Assembly: GCA_035193785.1 (NCBI GenBank)
Contig: CP136572.1
Location: 1,312,001 to 1,376,000 of the forward strand
Reading direction: 5' to 3'
DNA: 64,000 nucleotides
DNA from: Planktothrix sp. GU0601_MAG3
Lineage (GTDB): Bacteria > Cyanobacteriota > Cyanobacteriia > Cyanobacteriales > Microcoleaceae
Part shown: in pieces, positions 11,542 to 23,620 of the stretch
Position numbering within the stretch: the stretch's first letter is position 1
How the letters are laid out: each line of letters starts with the position of its first letter
Program-made: the position numbers and the translations under genes
Notes under the pieces: model-generated
The model's database searches: none
Seen by the model: the letters and a program-made list of their open reading frames with translations, nothing else
Told to the model about the DNA's origin: nothing

Positions 11542-14101
11542 TTAATCAAATTGAGGAGGAATTTCAATCGGTGAAGTTGAGAAAGAAGGGGTTGGAGTTG
11601 GAGTTGGAGTTGGAGTTGGGGTTGAAGTCGGAGTTGAAGTCGGAGTTGGAGTTGTTGGTAATAAAGGAAAATTAGGTGGAGTTGTTGATGAGTTAGGGAT
11701 AGTTTGATTAGGTCGATTTGGGGGAATATTGGGGTTATTTGGGGTTGATTTAGGGGTTTTGGAATCCTTGACCTGCTGTTTATCGACCGGGGGTATTTTC
11801 GGTTCAGAAATAGGAACAACAATTTTTTCAAAGGTGACAGTTCGATTCAATTTTTCCCCTGATTCTCCTTGAAACCGCCAGTGTAATTATTTCTGTCCCC
11901 GGTTGTTGAGTAATTGGATAAATGATCGAACCTTCAAGACCTACTGTTCCGGGTGCGGGGAGTAATTCAACAGTTGTATTTTTACCCCCTTCTACCTTCC
12001 AACTAATCCGAATAGTTTTAGCAGTTTTTTCAGGATTAATCGGTAAAATATATTTAGGTAAAGCGTCCTGATCATTCACAGAAAAAGAGACAATTTTAGT
12101 CGGGTAAATATAAGGAATAATCTTAATTATATCACTTTTCTGGCTAATAGCAGTTTCCTCTGGTGTCTCCTTAGAGACCGCCGATAATTCAAAAATATAG
12201 TTTCCAGCTTTTCGGGCATTTGTCGGGACTCCTTGACAAATTAATTCCGATTCTAATACGCAAAATCCGCTTAATTCCGAGGGGATACCGTCACTAAAAT
12301 TATAGGTTTTTAAGGGAATTAAAACAGTGTCATCCGTGGAACGAGCAATTAACTTTAATGCTTGCAATTGTTCGGGATTTTTGATTTTCCAATTCAAGGA
12401 AATTTCATTATTAAATGTGAGAATAGGTTGGTTAATGGCTGCTTCTTGATAGGCTGGTTGTGTTGCCATCAAATCAAAGATTTTGGGCTGAGGTAAAGCA
12501 CTAATACGAATCGTGTTTGTTTTTTTAGAATCAGCTAACTGATAGGGTTTTTTAGTAAATATATCCATTTGAAAAATATAAGTTCCTGCTTGTTGGGCAT
12601 CGGTACGAATATTTTGACAATTTAAAACCGATTCTAAGGTACAAAATCCCTTCAATTCTGGCGGAATTCCCTTGCTAAAATCATACAAGATATCTCCACT
12701 AGAAACAATACCACTATCAGCAGCAATCCCAATAATTTTAATTGTTTTTAACTGTTGAGGGTGAAGAATTTGCCAATTTAAGTGAATTGAATCTCCTGCG
12801 GCTTGTTGATAGGTGGGAAAAACTGAAGTAAATTCTAAAATTTTCGGGGGTGTTGGTGGTCGGAAAAATACCCACCAAATCGCAAAAATTAGGGATGCGA
12901 TCGCCCCCAAAATCATAAAAATTAATAAAATAAATTGCCAAAGGGGTCGTGCTTCCCAAATTAAAGTTCCTGGCAACCTTTCAGGAACAGGTAGTTGATA
13001 ACTGTCCTCAATTTCTATATAAAATTCAATCGGTAATCCCTTCCCAAACCAAGGACGTCGCCACCATTTATTCGGTTTAACTTCCAGGTCAATTTGAGTT
13101 TTTAATTGCGCCCCTAATTTCACCTGTTCAGGAGCAAAACTATAGGTACAAATTGGTTTCCCGGCATCTTCTTCTGCGGTAAAACTAACGTTGCGAAGGG
13201 TATTTCCCCCATTCCCCAATAACAGCCTAAACCGTCCGGTTTCTTTCCCAACTTTCCCAATTTTAGTTTGCAATTCTGGGATTAATTTATAGATGGGAAG
13301 TACCCGCAAATACAAGACATCAATGAGTACCAAATCGAGGTTATTCAACGAAGTTAAACGTAGGGTGGGGGAGTAATTTCCGGCTTTAACATTTAGAGGA
13401 AATTGCAAGCGCAATATAATCTCACCTTTCGCCCCCGGATTCAATGCTAAACTCTGCCGTTCTCCAACTAATCCTAATTCAACTAATCCCTCTGGATAAA
13501 CTACCGTAAACCAATCATTGGGCAGATCAGAACAACTTAAACGAAAGCGATCAACCCGTGAAGAACGGTTATTAACTATAATTTTACAGTCTAAAGGTTT
13601 GCCCGGTTCAATAATAGTTGGTTTGTTATAAGTTGTAGTTGGTAAAACTTGAAATGTCGGGTCATTAATCTGGGTTACAGATTGTACTGATGGTAAAATT
13701 TGCAGTCGCGCTTCATGACGAATTGGTGTGTCTTCTGGATAGTGTTTAGGCGCATCAATAACTAATAAATAACTATGGTTTTCGGGGGTAGCATTAATAG
13801 GAATTGCAAAGTAAAAAACTACTTCTGCACTACAATTGTTGGCTAGGGCTAAACTTTCTGAAGCCGAGCTACACCACTGACGTAATAAGCCAGAAGTTTC
13901 ATCAATATAAACATTAATAACAGCGCCTTTATTGCCTTGATTGGTTACTGTAACCCGCAGTTCAAAAATTTCTCCCGCACAGACAGAACTGTCTTCGGAA
14001 GGGTTAATAATCAAGGCGATGGGTTTAGCAATTCCCACATTATCTGAATATTCAATATCATTCAGAGTCTGACCGTTAGTTTGTGAAGTTTGATGTACCA
14101 T
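11542..14101 (-). CDS. Bitopic membrane protein: N-terminal Ig-like beta domains, TM helix, duplicated Cys-pair domain, Pro/Thr tail; apparent +1 error at 11871
   Basis: TM LWQFILLIFMILGAIASLIFAIWWVFF; duplicated I.LNW.I..P.QL...Y.FS.GIP.EL.GFC.LES.L.CQ; (PT)n tail at about 11590-11655. Confidence 0.8.
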
Positions 14102-14144
14102 AATTTTAAATCCTCAAAAATAGTTAAATTAATTATTTAATTAT

Positions 14145-16439
14145 CTACTCCATCTCAAGATTACTGCGAAAATCACAACCTAAATTAAATATTCTTTTGG
14201 CTTGGGCTATTCTGACCTGAGCATCATCACTCCCACTGGCAATTAAAATATTTTCACCGACAATTTTAACATCAACACTATTAATTTTTTTCTGACGAGA
14301 TGAATGGCTAACTTCTTGTTTAATCCCCAGATTTGTTTGTAAAGACGAACCATCAGCCATTGCTAAAGGTCGTTTTCCTTCAGAGGTTAAAGCCCAAAGC
14401 ATGACCTTACCATCGTCCCCGCCACTGGCTAAATAGCAGCCATTGTTACTAAATGAAACGGAAACGAACCGCTTCACCCATTTTACTTCCTTGCCAACGA
14501 TCAATTACTTCACATTCTCCTGAACTATCCAAACAGTTTTTCATATTCCAAATCGTAATATTTCCTTGATTATCCCCCGTGGCTAAAATATCGGGAGCAA
14601 TTTCTGCCACATCAACAGTTAAAATATAATCATCTTGTCCTCCGGTGGGATAGGGAACTTTTAAGGTTTTATTCTGGTCAAGATTCCAAATTAAAAACTG
14701 ATTATACCGACCGACAACTGCTAAATGACGATTGTCTTCTCCGACAAAACTCAGGTCATAAACGGCAAAATCAAATTGTTTTTTCTTTAATAGGCGATCG
14801 CTACCTTTAGTCATTTGATCTCGCTGAAGACTGGCATCCCACAGCAAGACTAAACCACTACCATGACCACTAAATAATGTTTGAGAATCTTGAGAAAATT
14901 CTAAGGCAAAAACGCGATCATCTTTATTAATTGAAAAAGTATCAATTAACCCGGTTTCTTCCGTTAATCCCCACAATTGAATTTCCCCATTTTCCAATCC
15001 GGCGGCGATCATATTATTATCAACGGGTCGATAACGTAAGACTCGCACAGCCTTTTTCGCATTGCCAATTTTACCGATAAATTGATTGCGTAAATCATTG
15101 AAAAAATTAGTGACTTTCCATTCAGCTATGGTCTGATCATTAGAAACCACTCATTATCCTGCTGGCTAACCCATCAAATTGAACAGAATTAACAGGTTTT
15201 TTATGTCCTAAAAAGGGATGATATGGATTCAGTCCAGAAAACCACCACAGTAACCCCAATAATAAAACACCGCCCGTTAATATTAACCCCAGGGGAATAA
15301 AGGGTAAAACTTTTAATTTTAAGGTTTGACTAGGGGGAGAACTGCCAGACAAACGGCTATCAGAGATTGAGCAAAAATCTTCTGTTTGTATGGTCGCCAC
15401 TTCAATTAAGAATTCCTTGATCCGACCTAACCAATGTCGTTTAATTTTTGTTATTAATAATATTTGATTAGTTTCGCCAATTTCCAGATCCATATTAGGA
15501 TCAAAATCATTGATCTCTACAGCATCATTTACGGGTTCTATAGATTTCTTTTTGTCTTGTATTAATAGGGATAAATCGGTTTTTAATTCATATTTTATTT
15601 TATCTGAACAATTAATTTTGAGTTGAAATATCTGCGAAATATTGCTGCAATTTTTGATTTCTATATGAAAAACAACCGGATCAGAACGCCAAAAGAACCT
15701 TCTTCTACTGGGGATACGGCGTTCCTGGGGAAAACACCTAAACTCTACAATTCCTTGGGGTAAAATCAATAGATTTCCGGTGATTTGCCTGGATAAACCA
15801 TTGGTGATTGTTGCTGTAATAGTAAAGAGTTGAACTTGGCTTTTAGTTTGGGTAATATCAGGAATTTGGCACCAGAAAACAACATCAACCTGAATATGAG
15901 ATGGAATCTGGATAACCTGTTGTTCTTCTATTAACCAAGTGGGATTAATTCCTGTTAATTTTAATACCGCATTGGCAGGTTGAGAACTGGGATTATAAAC
16001 TTGAACCGGAATTTTAATTTGCTGTAGGGGGTAAGCTTGAAATTCCCGGACAGGAAGGGTTAATTTTAAGCCAACTCCCCCGGTTTCCTTCGAGTATATT
16101 TAACCGCAATAATTGACGGGTTTCTTCCTGAAGTTCAATAGAAAAAACTCTCACGGTTAGATTCATCTGACCGACAAAACCAGGTAGGGGGCTATCAATA
16201 ATTTTAACCAGAAATTGTGTAGAATCTCCTGGGGGTTTTTTAGTGCAAATTTCGGGGGAGAGAATATACCAATTTGGAGCTAAATTGTCATCGGTACCCG
16301 CAGCTAATACTTCTACCTGAAAGCTGGCAAAACGATCACTATAGTTAATCGCATTGATTTCAAAAGATACGGCTGATTCACCAGGTTTGAAGGTCAGTTC
16401 AGTGGTAGAAATATTAGTAGTAATTAGATTGGTTTTCAT
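14145..16439 (-). CDS. Bitopic membrane protein: N-terminal Ig-like domains, TM helix, C-terminal WD40 propeller; three apparent indels (about 16058, 15143, 14461)
   Basis: Fragments 16014-16439, 15140-15769, 14449-15150 and 14145-14504 join after single-base corrections; TM FIPLGLILTGGVLLLGLLWWF followed by GH..PVNSV...SGSND WD repeats. Confidence 0.8.
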
Positions 16440-16503
16440 GTTTAATTTCTTGAGGTTTCTCGATTAAAAGTATTTAATTTATAATTAATTATCTTGAATT
16501 TCT

Positions 16504-17953
16504 TTAATTTTTATCCTTTTCTCCTATTTTTGTCCTGAGTTGTTGTGATTCTCTTAATAATATTTCTAAGTTTTTGACTGGATTTTGGGAATTATTTCCA
16601 CTCTTGGTTTTTTGCTTTTGCCGATCTTGATTTTGCAGTTGATCGATCATTTGTTTCCAGTTTTGTTCGCGGCTGTAAATAACATTTGCCATAGCTAACA
16701 TCACTTTTCCTAACTGTCCAAATTCATCGCGACGACGACTCACCTCCTCTAATATACTTTGATCAAAGTTTTGTGACTCAATAGTTTCGGCTGCTTGTTG
16801 CAACTGTTCAATAGGTTTCAATGATCCAACGCACCAGTAACAGAGCTAAAATCACGCCAATACCCGCCACCGAGATGCCAATAATTACGGTTAAAATTGT
16901 ATAAGTATAGATATGTTTAAGAAAATCAGAATAGGGAATCACAACCACCATTAACCAATCAATTCCTTCTTGATTTTGTAAAGGGGTGACTTGGACAAGT
17001 TGTAAATCTCCTTTGAATTTAAAGGTGAATTGTTGTTTGTCTTTAATCTGATCTAAACCATTAAATTTTTCAATTAAGTATTGACCTGTTCCTTGAATAA
17101 TCGGATCTTGACTTTCACTAACATTCAGTCGTTTGGTTTGATTATTAACTACTTTAAAAGGTTGCTCTAAAGTTGATATGGCAATTACATCTCCCGTCCG
17201 TTCTATAATTAAAGCTTTTCCATTCTGACTAATTTCTAAATTCCCTAAAAATTTACTAATTTGTACCAGACTAATATCAGTGGAAATCACCCCTTCAAAA
17301 CTCCCAGATTCCTGATTGTAAATCGGAATAGAAAAGTCCATCCCCAGGGTATTGATACTGCCAAATTGATAAACTGGAGTCCAGGTTGATTTTTCTGCAC
17401 TTCTGGCAAATTTATACCAGAGACGAACGCGAGGATCATATTCGACACTTTTGATAAATTTTGTGCGATTTCCTTTAGAGTCAACTTCATAAAAGTTTCG
17501 ATTCGAGTTCGTTGATTCATCTCTAAATTTTTCCATAAATTCATTTTCTGTTTTTTCATAACTCACATAATTTCCTTTTTCTGTTCCTATATAAATTGAA
17601 TGTAAAGCGGTTTTATCTTGTATTTGTCGCCAAAAATATCGCCGGACTTCTGGTAAGTTATTAACCTCAACATTCCCACTTTGGAGAGCAGCTAAATATG
17701 CAGGTAATAATACTTGTGGCTTTCCTAAATAATTGCGAAGATTGAGTTCAATCATCTGAGTCGATTTTTCGCTAACTTGTAACATCAACTTTTCAATCTC
17801 TTGTTTTCCCAATTGAAAGTTAAACCAGCCAATTACTGCGACAGAAGCCAATAAAGGTGTAACAATAATCAGGGGCAGGGTATGGCGAATGGATAAAGAA
17901 CCCAGGGATTTATCAAAAATTTTATACAAAGTAGAGAAGGTTTTGTTAGCCAT
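16504..17953 (-). CDS. dCache-HAMP membrane sensor with no output domain; apparent +1 error at 16815
   Basis: Two TM helices around YDPRVRLWY...WTPVY (Cache motif); the corrected WIIEPIEQLQQAA...RRDEFGQL is a HAMP domain, followed by a short coiled coil and stop. Confidence 0.85.
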
Positions 17954-18015
17954 AATCAGTTTAAATTTATAGTAGGAAAAAGATTAAAAACCTGAATCAA
18001 TTATTGTCCATAAAC

Positions 18016-19338
18016 CTAAAGAAGAAGTTTAGTTAATTGTCGCCTTTTTACTGCAAAATTTAGAAAATTAATCCCCATTTCCTGAGCAGATCTAATAGTT
18101 TCTCTGGGAAAACTAAACCCTTCATTTAATCCCCAAGCCATTGACAAATCTCCCAAAACCAAGATAATATTACCCCAATTAAATAGGCTAATCTCCTGTT
18201 CTTTAATTATCGGAAACTGACTAAACAAAAAAGGTTGATTTCGTAGGGGATGTTGGCGCGTAATTGCCCCTGAATCGTTAGCTGTAACTTCGCCTGTTTT
18301 TTGGGCAAAATTTCCGACGGCGGCTATAACATCAGCCAACTGTTTATCTAAAATCTTTGTTGTTGTCTCTAGTTCGCTTTCCAACTGTTGTATCAATGGA
18401 TCAAATTCTCCATCTTCTTTCAGATCATTTAGGGTTTCTTTCAGTTTTTGTTGAATTTTAATTAACTGCACAATTTCGCTTTCCAGAGTTGTTAATTCTA
18501 TTAAAATTATCCCTCCAGTTTCCCTATATTCTCTGAAACTTTCAGTTTCTGATTCTGTTAATATAGTAAGTTTTTGATAGCTGAGATAGAGTAAATCATA
18601 GTTTAAATATTCGTTATTTTCTCCTGTCTGTAATTTAATTTCGCCAATTTCTGACCGACCTCCAAGGGTGGGATAAAGTGCAGGTAAAGATTGAATCAGT
18701 CCCGATAAAGAGGATAAAATCATCTGATCAATGGGTGAATCGTTGGCAATTAAACCGACGCTTACCACCCCTTGAGGACGTGCCATTACTTGTTGCCGAT
18801 AGCGCAAATCAATATGATTTCCGTCTGGAAAAAAAACATTATTTGGGGAGGTAATTTTAACAATTCCTGCTAACAGGATAATCCGGCACAGTTCTACCTC
18901 TAGTTGATCGGGTTTGTTAATTTTTTCATCTATTCTAAACATTTCCTCGATCAAATATTTTGATTCTGGTCGATATAGTGTTTCTGGATTAACATATCTG
19001 ATAGTAATATAAATTAATAGGGGGTTTTCCCCAGCTTCAGAGGCAATATGAAATTCCATCGGTTCGGGAACAATTATCGGATTTCCGATTAAATCAATCG
19101 CGATTCCACGGTCAATTTTAATCCAGCGATTATCCCGATATTTAGCGACAATATGATCCGGTGCAGCAATAGCAGAAACCCCTAATCCACAGACAATTCC
19201 CGGTTGATTTAGAGATTGATAATGCAGATTTTGGCGATCTCGGTGATAGGCGTGGGCAGATTGCCAACGTTCAGCATTTAAGAGTAGTCCATCCTCGACA
19301 GATAGACGTTTTAGTGGCGATGGTTTCGGGGTAATCAA
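18016..19338 (-). CDS. DUF4159-type CIS-associated protein (true start may be the ATG near 19351)
   Basis: N-terminal GIVCGLGV...GIAIDLIGNPIIVP; C-terminal HPL..PFLF...GDLSMAW...AQEMGINFL. Confidence 0.7.
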   Translation of the reverse strand: MITPKPSPLKRLSVEDGLLLNAERWQSAHAYHRDRQNLHYQSLNQPGIVCGLGVSAIAAPDHIVAKYRDNRWIKIDRGIAIDLIGNPIIVPEPMEFHIASEAGENPLLIYITIRYVNPETLYRPESKYLIEEMFRIDEKINKPDQLEVELCRIILLAGIVKITSPNNVFFPDGNHIDLRYRQQVMARPQGVVSVGLIANDSPIDQMILSSLSGLIQSLPALYPTLGGRSEIGEIKLQTGENNEYLNYDLLYLSYQKLTILTESETESFREYRETGGIILIELTTLESEIVQLIKIQQKLKETLNDLKEDGEFDPLIQQLESELETTTKILDKQLADVIAAVGNFAQKTGEVTANDSGAITRQHPLRNQPFLFSQFPIIKEQEISLFNWGNIILVLGDLSMAWGLNEGFSFPRETIRSAQEMGINFLNFAVKRRQLTKLLL

Positions 19339-19459
19339 ATAGGGAAAACATAACGCTGATTTAGATGGATTACATAGATTACACGGATTAATGACAAATT
19401 ACGAATTACGAGTTGGAGGGGCTTAAAAGTAATTATTAATTCATAATTCATAATTACTT

Positions 19460-20494
19460 TTAGCCTGTTTCTATGATTAATTCGTAACTACAAAATGCTG
19501 GTTTTTCCTGTTCAATAATAGTGCGCACTAATGCTTCTTCAATCGGGTGATCGGGTTCTGGACGCAGGCGAACTGTAAAATGAAAGGGTCGCACTCCTCC
19601 CAAAATTGCATCGTAACCTAAGCGAGTTTTGCCCAAGACAAAGCCGGAATTAAAAAACTCATAAATTCCAATATGTTTTTCATCTTCATTCAGCATAAGA
19701 TCATCTAAAGGTAAACGAGTTGCTAAGTGAAGATACAGGCGCAAACCCCGACGAGTTCCTCGCCATCTGTAGATTTCAAGAGCATTTTTGATTAAGTTTC
19801 TTTGCTGTTCTAAGGTTAAATAAGGTTGATTTCTCCAGCCCACCCAGTGGGCGAGAAACTCTAACATTCCGATCGGGGCTGTTAGGGGATCTAAATAGGC
19901 CCAAAGATTAGAAAGAATTTGGACATCGGGTTCTAAAGTTGCCTCAAAAATTTGCAGAAAACGTCCGACAAAATCAATTTCTCGATAAAAATTAGGTAGA
20001 AATTGTTGATAACGACTAGCGGGGCGAACATAGAGGTTAAAAGTAGCTGTTTCTATTAATTGTGATGCGGTTCCCAGGGCTGCTCCATAAACAGCTAAAC
20101 GACTTTGATAATCTAATTTTAGAACTTGACCCACACCCAGGGCTAAGGGATTTTCAAAGAAATCCGCCGGAATTTGGAAGCGGATAGTTGCTTGAATTGT
20201 TTCCCTAGGTGTTAGTAAAAATGCGGAATTTTCCTCCTCTACTTCTGTGATGATAGTATACCAATTCTGGGGAAAATCTCCGGTAATTTCTAGGGTTAAT
20301 TCTAAAGTGTAAGTTCCTAAATTTTCTAAATTGACCACCAATTCACTGACTTCTCCTGGGACAAGTAAAAGACTCGGATTTTCAATATTAATATTTTCCG
20401 ATGCCTGAATTGGAAGCGTGTTTAAATTTGCTTCCGGCGATCGCATAGGAATTAATTTTAAAGTCAGGAGTTCACGAGTATTGGTCTGGGTCAT
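19460..20494 (-). CDS. Baseplate wedge / phage tail protein (P2 gpI-like) with an N-terminal Ig-like domain
   Basis: FVGRFLQIFE...YLDPLTAP..MLEFLAHWVGW...YRWRGTRRGL...EQEKPAFC; start moved to MTQTN because the 5' extension is translated STRR. Confidence 0.88.
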   Translation of the reverse strand: MTQTNTRELLTLKLIPMRSPEANLNTLPIQASENINIENPSLLLVPGEVSELVVNLENLGTYTLELTLEITGDFPQNWYTIITEVEEENSAFLLTPRETIQATIRFQIPADFFENPLALGVGQVLKLDYQSRLAVYGAALGTASQLIETATFNLYVRPASRYQQFLPNFYREIDFVGRFLQIFEATLEPDVQILSNLWAYLDPLTAPIGMLEFLAHWVGWRNQPYLTLEQQRNLIKNALEIYRWRGTRRGLRLYLHLATRLPLDDLMLNEDEKHIGIYEFFNSGFVLGKTRLGYDAILGGVRPFHFTVRLRPEPDHPIEEALVRTIIEQEKPAFCSYELIIETG

Positions 20495-20520
20495 AAACGA
20501 ATGGGTCATAAACGAATGGG

Positions 20521-20597
20521 TAATGGGTAATGGGTAATGGGTAATGGGTAATGGGTAATAGGTAATGGGTAATGGGTAATAGGTAATGGGTAATGGC
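20521..20597. repeat. STRR heptamer array (TAATGGG/TAATAGG)x11
   Basis: Direct reading. Confidence 0.92.
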
Positions 20598-20606
20598 AAG
20601 AGTTTA

Positions 20607-20783
20607 CCTCCCCTGCTCCCCCTGCTCCCCCTGCTCCCCCTGCTCCCCTGCTCCCCCTGCTCCCCCTGCTCCCCCTGCTCCCCCTGCTCCCCTGCTCCCC
20701 CTGCTCCCCCTGCTCCCCCTGCTCCCCTGCTCCCCCTGCTCCCCTTACCTCCCCTGCTCCCCCTGCTCCCCCTGCCTCCCCTG
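20607..20783. repeat. C-rich 8/9-mer tandem array (CTCCCCTG/CTCCCCCTG)n
   Basis: Direct reading; same family at 23577-23620 and 39952-40060. Confidence 0.92.
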
Positions 20784-20795
20784 GGTCATAAACTT

Positions 20796-22974
20796 CTACT
20801 GAATAAAATTAATTACGTGCTGCGATCGCAGGGTCAAGTCAGCCCAGGAACAGATCAGACCCCACGGGCCAGGGTTAACGGTGGGGGATGGGGGCAGACG
20901 AACCCAAGATTGTCCTTGACGCTGGAGTTCAAACAGTTGCAGGGTGCCAATATAACGAATCGCATCAAAGTTCTGAAGGACGGTGATCGCGTCGCTGAGA
21001 TAGACGGGTTGACCCAGGGGCCAGCCCTTTTGATCGATGCCTCCGGTAATAGGATTAAAAAAGCTGTACAGGGCGACTAGCATTTGTTGGCGCAGGGTTT
21101 GCTGGGCAACGGGGTGATTATATTCTGGTTTGAGGGCAACTTCCGCCTGAATTGCCACCCCCGTATAGTCACCGGAGACACATAACACCTGAACTCCTAA
21201 AAGTCGGCGTTCGTCCAAATAAGCGATCACCTTTTGCTCTAGGTCATCGGTGAGAGTGAACTGGTCGGGGTGAATGCCCTCGCCGCGGGTGATGTCATCT
21301 ATGGTCACCTGGGGGACAATTAAAACCCTTACTGTCCCTCCTTTGCCACTGGTGACGGGTAAACAGTGGGCGCGGGCAACGGCCCCGGCTCCGCCCCGAA
21401 TCGCCAATTCTTCAAAATCTTCAGGGGTGACGGCGCGATCGCGGGTACGAAGCATTTGGGGCACACGGATCGCCGCCTGTTCTAAGGTTTCCGCCTCGGC
21501 TCCATTTCTGGCAGGTTGATGGTTAATCACACTAGCCACATAAGGAACGGCCGTTTTCAAAATTTCCAACGTCCCCACCTGAACGTTTCCCCCGGAGCCT
21601 CCCCCCGTGCGGTAACGAGACATCTGCAACGCCGCTCCCTTTGGGGGAATGCTGCCATATTGGTTTTGTAAGTCGGAACTCGAAAGTAGCATTTGCCTGG
21701 AGGTGTTGGTTTGTGCGTTGGCCCTTAACTCCATTGCTTCCTTGAGTTGGCTGGCTTCCCTGACTAATGGGCCGAATTGGAGGACACCTGTGAGGGAGTC
21801 GATAATATAGTGTTGATCGTTGACTCCTGAATCGGCAAAATCCTTCACTTCTTTCCAGCGTTGGGGAATGGCACCTGGGGGGGTAACAATCAGATATTCG
21901 TCCTCCCGCCGTTCCAACACGGGTGCTCCTTGAAGTTGAAAAAACTGTCCGGGGTCGCCGTTGCTTTCCCCCAAAACTTCATCTTCAATAATTTCACATT
22001 GGGTTGCTTTCACGGTTTCCGCCAATGGCTGTGGCGGTAATCCCAATCATCCGAGGTGAGCGACTGTAGGCGGGTTGTCTGGGATCGGGTTCTGTACAAA
22101 CACACCGCAACCACCGACCTCGATAGGCGGTGAAGTGCGCCGGAGGAAAGTTAATTGGCAGGTGTAAGGTGACATCAGCACCCTGTAGGGGGTTGCCGCC
22201 CTTTTGGGCTAGGTTACTGAAGCTAAAACCTTGGGTTTCATCATCGGATTCTTGTAGGAGGACGGGTTGCCATTCGCTTCCATTCCAGGCTTCCCAGCGA
22301 CGGGGGGGCTGCTTGGGGTTAATTCCGGTGGGGGTAGCTTCTTGACCTTTGATCCGAATACTGAGAACGTTACCATCGAGGGGTTCATCGGGGTCAAAGA
22401 CCAGATAGAAGCAATTATCCGGTTGGGGAATATCACTGAATAGGGAAAGCTCTGGGCCTGACCAGTTGCCGGGTTCTTGAGCACTCCAGAAATTGGTAAA
22501 GCGATCGCGCAAAACCTGGGGGTTTGGGGGTGCTGTATCCCCGATGAGAAAGTGTTGGATGGTGGGTTGACCAATAATCAGGGGTTGGTCGGTGGTAAAT
22601 ACAATGGCGGACTGGGTGGCTGTGCGTCCTGTGGCGACTTCAGTTCCGGTGGTGATGGTATAAGCGTCTGGCAGATCGCCGACTAAATAAAATGTTATTT
22701 CTGTTGTTGCTGGTTTGGGCGGTTGTAAACGAATACCCAGCAATTCTAAGAAGGTAATATAGTTGCGTCGGGGGACTTGATTAAACCGAGCCAACATTTG
22801 GTCAGTTAACCAAGCAAATAGTTCAACTAAGGTAATACCAGGATCGCTGGGATTATAGTTTGTCCACTCTGGACAATAGCGGGGAATTCTCAGAATACAT
22901 TCTTTTACCAGGTCTTCATAGTCCCGATCATCTAAGTTGGGTTTAGGTAGTTTAGGTAAAAAGTCAAAAACCAT
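20796..22974 (-). CDS. Baseplate J-like / putative baseplate assembly protein (Afp11/gp6-like); apparent +1 error at 22015
   Basis: [12 protein letters not shown]...[48 protein letters not shown]. Confidence 0.95.
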
Positions 22975-23007
22975 AAAAATCAGTAATTCGCAATTCGTAA
23001 TTCGTAA

Positions 23008-23430
23008 TTAGTTTTCAACTTGCAAATAAAAAGGAAAAACAATACTGCGTCCTTCGTAAGTTTTTTGCAGGCGGTAAATAATATTAATATCCACCCTTCC
23101 TTGATAGGAGTGAGGGTGGGTGAGAACTTCATCAACAATAATTCGGGGTTCCCAAAGTTCTAATGCTTCTTGGACATAAATTCGCATTAACATCAGGGTT
23201 TGTTGGTTAATGGGGGCAAAATTCAACTCTGACAAACGACAGCCAAAATTCGGCCGATAAACCCGTTCTCCCCATTCGGTCAGCAGGATAATATAAATTG
23301 ATTCTCTGATATTCTGTTCCTCTGCACTCAGGTCGAGGTTGCCCTGAAGGTTGATTTGCACGGGAAACCGTAAACCTTGACCCAAGTAAGGACGGCTTAA
23401 TTCTCGATTCGCTAAATTAACCATTGCCAA
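23008..23430 (-). CDS. GPW/gp25 baseplate protein (Afp9-like)
   Basis: LGQGLRFP...IRESIYIILLTEWGERVYRPNFGC...WEPRI...VFPFY. Confidence 0.95.
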   Translation of the reverse strand: MAMVNLANRELSRPYLGQGLRFPVQINLQGNLDLSAEEQNIRESIYIILLTEWGERVYRPNFGCRLSELNFAPINQQTLMLMRIYVQEALELWEPRIIVDEVLTHPHSYQGRVDINIIYRLQKTYEGRSIVFPFYLQVEN

Positions 23431-23505
23431 CTCCCTCCCCAGATAGATGTTTTTAATTTAGCTGATAGATTTGACCCGGCGTATTCTCCAAAGGTCTAAA
23501 TTAGG

Positions 23506-23547
23506 GAATTACGAATTACGAATTACGAATTACGAATTACGAATTAC
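23506..23547. repeat. STRR heptamer array (GAATTAC)x6
   Basis: Direct reading; inverted copies at about 22983-23007. Confidence 0.9.
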
Positions 23548-23576
23548 GGATGCGTAATGAGTAATATAAAAACTTT

Positions 23577-23620
23577 ACTCCCCCTGCCTCCCCTGCCTCC
23601 CCTGCCTCCCCTGCCTCCCC
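23577..23620. repeat. 9-mer array (CTCCCCTGC)n abutting the vgrG stop codon
   Basis: Direct reading. Confidence 0.88.

Noticed and set aside
20586..21080. Plus-strand ORFs 20586-21080 and 20593-20802, and the PITYY N-terminal extension of the wedge gene
   Set aside because: Translations of simple tandem repeats and antisense to baseplate J
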